A stretch of DNA of 48,257 nucleotides from Fimbriiglobus sp. (GTDB taxonomy: Bacteria > Planctomycetota > Planctomycetia > Gemmatales > Gemmataceae). The notes under the pieces are model-generated. The model did no database searches, was not told where the DNA came from, and saw only the letters and a program-made list of their open reading frames with translations. Location of the stretch: NCBI GenBank assembly GCA_031414395.1, contig JANNVG010000850.1, positions 1-48,257 on the forward strand, in the 5' to 3' direction. Every line of letters starts with the position of its first letter. The stretch's first letter is position 1. Both the position numbers and the translations under genes were made by a program. This document shows, piece after piece, positions 41,847 to 48,257 of this stretch.

Positions 41847-42070
41847 CAGTCGCCCTCCCACTGCCCGAACAGGCCCTCATGCATCAAACCCTTCGTCATC
41901 AGCCCGTTCGTGGTCGGCCCGACGATCCGGGACACCCACGTGCGATCATCCGTCACAGACGACCAGCGGGCCATGACCACCCAGTCCGACACGAACCAGT
42001 CGCCATCCGGCGCGTGCTCGGCGTGGCCCCCTTGGATCGCCGCGTTGATCCGATCAACCGACCCGCTCAC
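41846..42070 (-). CDS. Hypothetical Trp-rich protein (74 aa)
   Basis: Tail of track ORF 41846..42388, with GTG 42070 in a GTGA overlap with the holin stop. Confidence 0.4.
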   Translation of the reverse strand: MSGSVDRINAAIQGGHAEHAPDGDWFVSDWVVMARWSSVTDDRTWVSRIVGPTTNGLMTKGLMHEGLFGQWEGD

Positions 42071-42264
42071 GACGCCGGACCCGACTTCGTGGACACGAGC
42101 ACCGCGGCCAACGCACCCAACGCCGTTGTGGTCGGAGACGACACCAACGCGATAAGCGCCGCGTCCGTCCCCGTCCCGGCCAGCCACACAATCCCCGCCA
42201 ACCCCGCCAAGGTCACGACGGCCAGCGCGGCGACCACCATTCGCACCGTCGACACGTCGGTCAC
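42067..42264 (-). CDS. Holin-like membrane protein (2 TM)
   Basis: Track ORF of 65 aa with two hydrophobic segments. It directly follows the endolysin, and its GTG start overlaps the endolysin stop. Confidence 0.55.
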   Translation of the reverse strand: MTDVSTVRMVVAALAVVTLAGLAGIVWLAGTGTDAALIALVSSPTTTALGALAAVLVSTKSGPAS

Positions 42265-43106
42265 AGCGCCGCCTTGATCGCCGCGACGACCTGCGCCGGC
42301 AACGCTCTAATCGCCGCCGAGATCGCCGCCGCATCCCCCACCGTCGCCCCCGCCGGAGACGCGAGGATCGCCGCGATACCAAGCGCATCGCCGTGCAACT
42401 GCAAGTTTGCGACCGTGTTGTCGTTGTACGCGTTGTTGTCGTTCTTCACGAGCTCGTCATGGATGACGGCTCGCAGGGTTTTTTCGTCCATGTCAAAATC
42501 CTCCGGTAGGGGTGCGCCGCCCGCGGCGGCGATGATGGCGTCGATAAGCATTCGGTCCAGGTCGCGGCGGCGGGGGTGCAACGCCCACGCATCCGACCGG
42601 TCCCCCGGCTGCACGGTCCCGTGATGGACCAGACCAACAATCCGCCCACCCGAATCGCGCACCTGATCATGCGTCAACCACCGTGCCGACTTGATGGGGT
42701 CGAGACCTTGCCGAACCCAGAAAGCGCAGATCGCCGCGCCCATACGGCCGATGATGGCCTTGGTCCATTCGGCGTCGGGGTCCCACTCCGCCGACCGGCA
42801 CGCCGCGCTGATACCCCACCCCGGCCCGTTCAGGTTGTACGCGGCGGTATGCCACGTCATCAGCCCATCCGGGGCCATATCGACCGTCGAATCGGTATCG
42901 ACGAGAACGTGATAGCCACCCGGATCGCCTCGGGTGGCGATGTAATGGGCGACGTTCTCCGCTCCGGTATCCGGGGCGATCCGATCGAGGGCGCCCTCCG
43001 CTGTGTGGACGGTCACCAGACCGGTCGGCTTATCCCACCCCCACGCGGTGCGCGGGCGGGTCTGCGGGTAGGACACGTTCGGATGGTCGAGCAGCCAGTA
43101 GCTCAT
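42261..43106 (-). CDS. Endolysin, N-acetylmuramoyl-L-alanine amidase (Amidase_2/PGRP-like)
   Basis: Track ORF 42261..43247 trimmed to ATG 43106 (MSYWLLDHPN...). VTVHTAEG...HYIATRGDPGGYHVLVD...WHT...HHGTVQPGDRSD. Confidence 0.75.
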   Translation of the reverse strand: MSYWLLDHPNVSYPQTRPRTAWGWDKPTGLVTVHTAEGALDRIAPDTGAENVAHYIATRGDPGGYHVLVDTDSTVDMAPDGLMTWHTAAYNLNGPGWGISAACRSAEWDPDAEWTKAIIGRMGAAICAFWVRQGLDPIKSARWLTHDQVRDSGGRIVGLVHHGTVQPGDRSDAWALHPRRRDLDRMLIDAIIAAAGGAPLPEDFDMDEKTLRAVIHDELVKNDNNAYNDNTVANLQLHGDALGIAAILASPAGATVGDAAAISAAIRALPAQVVAAIKAAL

Positions 43107-43222
43107 CCGGTCACCACCGCAACAAACGCGAACGCGACCAAACACACCAAAGCTCCGACGGTCAACCACCAGAAAATTCGGGCGTGATAACGGGGCGCGG
43201 CCATGGGTACGATCGTGCCCAT
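43103..43222 (-). CDS. Small membrane protein (39 aa) upstream of the endolysin
   Basis: Hand-translated: MGTIVPMAAPRYHARIFWWLTVGALVCLVAFAFVAVVTG. ATGA overlap with the lysin start. No clear RBS. Confidence 0.4.
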   Translation of the reverse strand: MGTIVPMAAPRYHARIFWWLTVGALVCLVAFAFVAVVTG

Positions 43223-43246
43223 GACCAACCGACCGGCAAGGATGCA

Positions 43247-43486
43247 ATGAGACTCTACGCGCCGACCACCCCGACGATCAGCACCGCCGATCTGGCCATG
43301 ATCGAAACGGAACTCGCCGCCGAACTCGGACCGATCCGCGCCCACCACGTCGTCGCAACCGTCGACACCGGTGAACTGGTCGTGACCGTAACCACCGGCG
43401 ACCGGGACCATCGGGGGGTGTGTCGGCTGGTGGAAGCGCTTCTCTACGGCATGAACCCGACAGTGGTCATCGTCGCCGCGTCCTAA
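43247..43486 (+). CDS. Reverse-oriented hypothetical protein (79 aa) between the tail and lysis genes
   Basis: Track ORF 43184..43486 trimmed to ATG 43247 (AAGGA RBS 5 nt upstream). High GC3 and balanced composition. Confidence 0.5.
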   Translation: MRLYAPTTPTISTADLAMIETELAAELGPIRAHHVVATVDTGELVVTVTTGDRDHRGVCRLVEALLYGMNPTVVIVAAS

Positions 43487-43494
43487 CCGGCCGT

Positions 43495-45393
43495 TCACGC
43501 CTCTTCTTCTACCGGGGGTTGCGGGGGGCAACAGTTCGCCGGGGTGGCCGTTATCGCCGACACCGGCGACGCTGGACGCGAATCGCCCCGCAACGTGCCG
43601 TCCACCATTTTCTTCAGCGCGGTAGCGTCCGCCTCGTACCTCGTAGCGATCACATCGGCGATTTCGACGCTGTAGCGCAGATGCCCGTGATCGCCCGGTT
43701 CGACCGTCACGGACAGCACCCGGGCGTCGACCAGATCACCGTCGATGTCGGGGACCTGCACGGTGTCCCCTACCCGCACGCCCAGCCCGGGGGTTTCGGT
43801 ATCGGACCGCGGTTCTACACCGACCACGATCGCGGTGCGGACGTCCGCGTAGCGGACCAGCTGTTGCGCCGCGATCCGTTCCAGTTCCGCGACGGACGGG
43901 ACGTAACCCAACCCGAGGAGCGCCATCTTCGGCCGTTCGCCGGGTGGGGTGGCATCGACCATGTGCCACCCGCCGGGCCACTTCACCATCAGCATTGTCG
44001 CGGTGACCGCCCGCCGCTGATGGGTCAACGCGGTGAGGTTTCCCGATGTCGGATCAGTGACGTCGGTCGGCGACCGGTACGTCACCCCGGGGGTGTTGTC
44101 CATCGTCCCGAAGTTGTACGCATCGAGCACCAGCCCGCCGGGCTGGGCGCGCACATCACAGTACGTTTGGCAGAGCTCGTCGAGAATGAAGGTGCGTAGA
44201 TCCCGGCCGACGTCGGTCGCGATGTCCGCGGTGACCGCCCACGGGGTGCCGTTGCTGTCGACCTGCTCGTCGAATGACCATTCCCACCCGTCGAGCAGCC
44301 CGTACGCCTGGGCTTCGTCGAGGACGTGGGTGAGGACTTCGCCGATGGTCATGCCGGGCGGCCCGGGCGGGTATTCGGACACCTTGTTCGCGGCGTTCGA
44401 ATTGATGATCGGCGTGTCGCTCGTGATGGTGCCGTCGGCGGCGGCGGGCAGGATGGTGTACAGCACCCCGCCGGGGTTGTGGGTACCCGGGGTCAACGCC
44501 GGGTCGGGGGCGGCGTTGTAACCCGCGACGCCGATGGTGTGCCCGCCGGCGGTGAGGTACACCATCGCGGTGCGAATATCGGTGGGGGTCGCGTTGCCGT
44601 TGTCGGTGGACACGATGAGCTGCCCGTCGATGTACAGGTTGGCGCGGTCGTCGGCGGTGAGATACACCATCGCCCACGTCGCGTCGATCGCGTCGGTTGT
44701 GGCCCGGAAATAGCACCAGCCCTCGGCGGCGTATTCTTGGGTGCCGGTGTGCGCCCAGATCCATTGGGCGTGCGGGTCAGGCCACGTTTCGGTGGGTAGG
44801 TCCGTCCAGTAGTTCGACGGGGTTTGCTGTTCGCCGAGCAGCGTCGCCCACCGCCAGCCGGCGTCTTCGAAATCGACGGACGCCCAGTTGAACGGGCGGG
44901 TTTCTTCGGTGGGTGAAGAATCGAATCCGCGGGCGGGGAGCACGACCGCTTCGGCGAGCAGGCCGAGGTGGCCGGGCCCGCCGATTTCTTCGGTTTGGCC
45001 AGGCCCGCCGGTTTGGGATTCGGTGACGCGCATGAAGTCCGACGCGATCGACGCGAACGCGGCCCGTCCGTTGAGGTAGTGGCGGATCAGGTCATCGGGT
45101 TCAACGAGTCCGATGTCAGCATGGTCGAGGGGGATGAGCATGGTCGCCGTGCCGACCTGGTCGATTTGGTCTTGCCACGACCATTGCTTGCGGCCGGTGA
45201 GGGTGCCGACGGGGGTGCGGTAGTCGGGGTGGCGGAACACAAGCGCCGAGAACGGTGAGGGTGCGGGGTCGGACGCGAGGGCGACATCGGGGCCGTACGC
45301 GACGGCCCCGGAGTTCGCGGGGGCGAGCGTGATGTTATGGGGGACGGCGGGGGTGTCCGCCGCGAGGTACCAGAGGAGCTGGTTGACGGTCAC
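43495..45393 (-). CDS. Minor tail protein (632 aa)
   Basis: Track ORF, the largest gene downstream of the tape measure. Confidence 0.65.
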   Translation of the reverse strand: MTVNQLLWYLAADTPAVPHNITLAPANSGAVAYGPDVALASDPAPSPFSALVFRHPDYRTPVGTLTGRKQWSWQDQIDQVGTATMLIPLDHADIGLVEPDDLIRHYLNGRAAFASIASDFMRVTESQTGGPGQTEEIGGPGHLGLLAEAVVLPARGFDSSPTEETRPFNWASVDFEDAGWRWATLLGEQQTPSNYWTDLPTETWPDPHAQWIWAHTGTQEYAAEGWCYFRATTDAIDATWAMVYLTADDRANLYIDGQLIVSTDNGNATPTDIRTAMVYLTAGGHTIGVAGYNAAPDPALTPGTHNPGGVLYTILPAAADGTITSDTPIINSNAANKVSEYPPGPPGMTIGEVLTHVLDEAQAYGLLDGWEWSFDEQVDSNGTPWAVTADIATDVGRDLRTFILDELCQTYCDVRAQPGGLVLDAYNFGTMDNTPGVTYRSPTDVTDPTSGNLTALTHQRRAVTATMLMVKWPGGWHMVDATPPGERPKMALLGLGYVPSVAELERIAAQQLVRYADVRTAIVVGVEPRSDTETPGLGVRVGDTVQVPDIDGDLVDARVLSVTVEPGDHGHLRYSVEIADVIATRYEADATALKKMVDGTLRGDSRPASPVSAITATPANCCPPQPPVEEEA

Positions 45394-45395
45394 GG

Positions 45396-45722
45396 TCAGG
45401 TCAGCCGGGCGATCTGATACGGGAAATCGGTGCCGGTGTTCACGGTCTGCTCAATCGAGATTGTGATCGTGTCCCCGGCGAATACGGGTTCGATCTCGAA
45501 ACCCTCGGTTTGCACGCCGATCAGATGCGTCGACCGGATGATCGGGACGGTCGTGCCGACGTCGACGCGAACCCGGATCGTGACCTCGTCGGTGGCGGCC
45601 ATGTCGGCCAGGTCGATCAGGCCGGTGTACGCCTTTTCCCCGCCCGGGGCGGCGTCGGTGTAGATCGTGTCTTCGGCGCCCGTGGCGGTGAGGACGGCTT
45701 GGGCTACGACGGCGATGGCCAT
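45396..45722 (-). CDS. Minor tail-module protein (108 aa)
   Basis: Track ORF, tightly packed in the tail block. Confidence 0.55.
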   Translation of the reverse strand: MAIAVVAQAVLTATGAEDTIYTDAAPGGEKAYTGLIDLADMAATDEVTIRVRVDVGTTVPIIRSTHLIGVQTEGFEIEPVFAGDTITISIEQTVNTGTDFPYQIARLT

Positions 45723-45724
45723 GA

Positions 45725-46147
45725 TCAGATCCTCAGCAATCTGCCGTCGGGAAACGTGACGGTGACGTCGGTGTCGTCGGTAACGACAACGATGGGGGTG
45801 GTGTCGGACTGTTTAAAATAGGCGGCGATGAGCAACCGGTTGATGTCCGCGGCGCCGGTGGTGCACAGGATCACCGCGCCGACATCGTCGGCGTTCACGG
45901 GGACGGTTGGGATGGTGGTGGTCTCGGTGTCGGTGGAGAGGACCCCACCGGTCGCGGTGATCGTCCCGGCGAGGGTTGTGATCGCGGAGATGCGAACCCC
46001 GGCGGGAATGTCGACCATGGTTACGTCGGTCGGGTCGTACACGTAGGTGTCGTCTATCAGGATGATGCGCAAACCGACCGTGGTCAGGTTCACGGCCCCT
46101 TCGAGGAGGGTGTCGAGGATTGAGGGGTACACCTGGTTGACGGTCAT
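45725..46147 (-). CDS. Minor tail-module protein (140 aa)
   Basis: Track ORF 45725..46957 trimmed to ATG 46147 (MTVNQVYPSILD...), ATGA overlap. The rest of that ORF is an out-of-frame reading of neighbouring genes. Confidence 0.55.
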   Translation of the reverse strand: MTVNQVYPSILDTLLEGAVNLTTVGLRIILIDDTYVYDPTDVTMVDIPAGVRISAITTLAGTITATGGVLSTDTETTTIPTVPVNADDVGAVILCTTGAADINRLLIAAYFKQSDTTPIVVVTDDTDVTVTFPDGRLLRI

Positions 46148-46602
46148 GTGAGTTCCCCGGCGAGGACTCTCAGGCGCATCGTGACGTTGACCATGACGGG
46201 TTGCTGTTCCCAGTCCCAGTCGAAGTCCACGACTTGAACCACCCCGGTTTTGGTGGTCCCGTCGGGGAGGTGCAGGACACAGGTGCGGGTTTCGTTGGTG
46301 GTGCCGGGCAGGTCTGCCCAGTTCGTGGTGAGGTAGTCGAGGTTGGTGCGGAGCCCGGAGAACAGGTCGGTGTTGCGGTTGCCGTTGCGGTCCGCGGCCC
46401 CGTATACCTGTCCGTCGATGATTCGGTCGGTGGCCGCCCGCCACATGCGGTTGGGGAGCGCCCCGTGGGCGCCGGGGATGATGGTGGGTTCGTCGCCGCG
46501 TTTCTCGGCGGGTTTGTCCAAGTCGAGAATGTTGATCATTTTCCATGCCGGTGTTTCGGAGGGGACGCCGTCGAGGGTGAAGAAGGCGCGGGTGACGGTC
46601 AT
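46144..46602 (-). CDS. Minor tail protein (152 aa; distal-tail position)
   Basis: Track ORF, ATGA-coupled to the tape-measure stop. Confidence 0.55.
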   Translation of the reverse strand: MTVTRAFFTLDGVPSETPAWKMINILDLDKPAEKRGDEPTIIPGAHGALPNRMWRAATDRIIDGQVYGAADRNGNRNTDLFSGLRTNLDYLTTNWADLPGTTNETRTCVLHLPDGTTKTGVVQVVDFDWDWEQQPVMVNVTMRLRVLAGELT

Positions 46603-48257
46603 AGGTGTGTCGCTCCCATCGCGGCTTTGCGTTGCGCGTAGATGATGTCGGACACGGTCCGATCATCCGTCGACCCGATGTTGAACGTCTGATGTTGCGT
46701 GACCTTCTTCGAATGGTCGTTGATCTGCGGGCCGCCCCCCGACCCGTCAGCGAGCTGGTATCCGAACCGGTGCGCGGTCGCGGCGAGGATTCTCGTGGAC
46801 CGGGCCCGTTTCGATGGGGCGTGCGGGATGTATGACTCGCCGCCCGTTTCCGGTTCGGCCCACACCCGCATGTCACCGGCCCGGGCGATCTGAGCGACGT
46901 GATGCTCTCCGCCGTTGCCGTAAGTGATGATGTTCCCATCAGCGTTCGGCAAGACACCGCCGAATGAGTCGACGATATCCTGCGCCCAGTTATGCCACGG
47001 CTTACTCAGGTCGGCGTGCGCACCAACGTCGACCATCGAGTTCCGGGTTTGAGCCCCGGCCGCTTGCGCCGTCGCTACCTGAACACTGACCGGGATGACC
47101 GCCCCCTGTCTCACCAAATCCAACTGCCGTTGAATATCAGCGATCTCCGTTGACGCCTGAGCAGCACCAGTGACCGCCACCTGAGTGAACGCCGTGTCGG
47201 GAATCTCATCAAGTATCGAGATGTACCCGCGGGCCTGTTCCTCCGTGATGTAGTACTGCTTCGAGATATCCATGAACGATCGGGACAACTCCTCCTTTTT
47301 CGCTTTGATCGCCTCCGGGGTGGCACCCTTTTTCACGAACGCGGCGAGTTCCGTCTGCACGTCCTTCGCCATCCCCTGCAGATGAGCGCGCAGCGCGATT
47401 GATTCGTCGGACCCGCCGGTGAGGTCGCCCTTCGCCGCGGTCAGCACTTCGCCGAGATGGTTCAGTTTTCCCTGGTACGCGTCGGCCGCATTACCCGCAT
47501 CAAACTTTTGGGAGAACAACTCGTCGAGGAGGTCTTTGAACGCCCCGAACTTGTCTTTCACGGACATGGTCTTGTCGCCCAACCCGTCAAGAGACAGGCC
47601 CAACTCCTGCGACGCGGGGGTGCCGAACCCCATGGTGTGGAACGCCACCGTGAAGGCCGGGACGGTATCGGTCAACGCCCCGGTCAGATCGACCCCCAGT
47701 TTCGACGCGAGGTCGTCGACTTCGGTTTGGCTGAGACCCAACGAGTGTTGCAGCAGAACGTTCGCTTCCCGCCAGTTGTTCGTGGGCGTCTTCATATCGT
47801 CCAGGACCTTCGCCAACTTCGTAGCGGAGCCCTGAGCATTCGCGATCTCGTGTGAAAACCCGGGCAGGTTCTGGCCGAACTCCTTGAAGAACCCGCCGAC
47901 ACCGTCGCCCTCCGCCCCTATCTTCTTCAGGTTTTCCATCTCGACGTTCAACTTGTTGAACTGGTCGGCCTGCTCCGCGTACGACGCCGGCGCCTTCCAT
48001 CCCTTCGTGAACGTCTTGTACGCCTCCTCCGACGCCTCCTGAATCGAGCCCCACAAGAGCGCCCCCGCGACCAAACCCGGTCCGGCGACCATCAGGGCGT
48101 TCGTCGCGAACGAGATCCCTTTCCCCGCCGCGACCCCCCCGGACCCCATGTCCGCCAACGTCGTCATCATCGTCTGATACTTCGGGACGACCGTCGCCAC
48201 GGCACCCCCCGCCGTCAACACCGCTCCGGCGATCCCCAAAAACCCGGTCGTGACCTG
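46599..48257 (-). CDS. Tape measure protein, C-terminal part (48139..48257 duplicates 1..119)
   Basis: Track ORF 46599..48239. The frame remains open to the window edge and is in phase with 1..1283. Confidence 0.85.
   Translation of the reverse strand, partial: QVTTGFLGIAGAVLTAGGAVATVVPKYQTMMTTLADMGSGGVAAGKGISFATNALMVAGPGLVAGALLWGSIQEASEEAYKTFTKGWKAPASYAEQADQFNKLNVEMENLKKIGAEGDGVGGFFKEFGQNLPGFSHEIANAQGSATKLAKVLDDMKTPTNNWREANVLLQHSLGLSQTEVDDLASKLGVDLTGALTDTVPAFTVAFHTMGFGTPASQELGLSLDGLGDKTMSVKDKFGAFKDLLDELFSQKFDAGNAADAYQGKLNHLGEVLTAAKGDLTGGSDESIALRAHLQGMAKDVQTELAAFVKKGATPEAIKAKKEELSRSFMDISKQYYITEEQARGYISILDEIPDTAFTQVAVTGAAQASTEIADIQRQLDLVRQGAVIPVSVQVATAQAAGAQTRNSMVDVGAHADLSKPWHNWAQDIVDSFGGVLPNADGNIITYGNGGEHHVAQIARAGDMRVWAEPETGGESYIPHAPSKRARSTRILAATAHRFGYQLADGSGGGPQINDHSKKVTQHQTFNIGSTDDRTVSDIIYAQRKAAMGATHL
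48139..48257. repeat. Terminal overlap copy 2
   Basis: Identical to 1..119. Confidence 0.9.

Noticed and set aside
41183-43222. A LysB-type mycolylarabinogalactan esterase or a spanin pair in the lysis cassette.
   Set aside because: No ORF of suitable size carries a GxSxG esterase motif. The small TM proteins lack lipobox signatures. Absence was judged by eye only.
48139-48257. The terminal 119-bp repeat as a biological direct terminal repeat or cos region.
   Set aside because: It lies inside the tape-measure ORF and preserves its frame. It is far more consistent with a circularisation overlap from assembly.

Overview
The window is a complete temperate siphovirus-like actinobacteriophage genome. 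It is very G+C-rich (about two-thirds by eye), and many genes overlap their neighbours by ATGA/GTGA. The contig is circularly permuted: bases 1-119 are identical to 48139-48257, so the unique length is 48,138 bp and the tape-measure gene wraps across the window ends.

Almost all genes are on the minus strand. In transcription order they are:
- Early region (31.5 kb down to 16 kb): Cro-like repressor, Xis-like protein, pentapeptide-repeat protein, Gam-like protein, Sak4-like ATPase, ASCH protein, VRR-NUC nuclease, two paralogous cassettes each made of a 107-aa protein plus a Gly/Tyr/Asp/Asn repeat protein, HTH protein, C5-methyltransferase, WhiB, ParB-like protein, a replication-organiser-like protein and a second WhiB.
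- Packaging and head (16 kb down to 8.5 kb): TerL, portal, scaffold, gpD-like decoration protein, gpE-like major capsid protein and adaptor.
- An accessory island inside the virion module (7.5-5.2 kb): a MuF-like protein with a GNAT-like C-terminal domain, two small coupled ORFs, and a reverse-oriented MerR/DUF433 + DUF5615 (PIN-like) pair.
- Neck and tail (5.2 kb down to 0, wrapping to 43.5 kb): includes a canonical GGGAAAC -1 frameshift in the tail chaperones.
- A lysis cassette (43.2-41.2 kb).
- A second tail-fibre block (41.2-36.3 kb).

The plus-strand lysogeny module (31.8-36.2 kb) holds an XRE repressor, ImmA protease, a zinc-ribbon membrane protein, an attP-like tRNA 3' half, a tyrosine integrase and a lower-GC three-gene membrane-protein cassette that ends at a strong hairpin.

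Most worth follow-up:
1. The MuF-GNAT-like fusion and its neighbouring toxin/antitoxin-like genes.
2. The duplicated 107-aa + (X-Gly)n gene pairs.
3. The integrase-adjacent low-GC membrane cassette, which includes an in-frame TM segment with no start codon.
4. The early pentapeptide-repeat protein.

All functional calls rest on motif and synteny recognition by eye; no searches were run. Hand-derived coordinates for sub-ORF features could be off by a few nucleotides.
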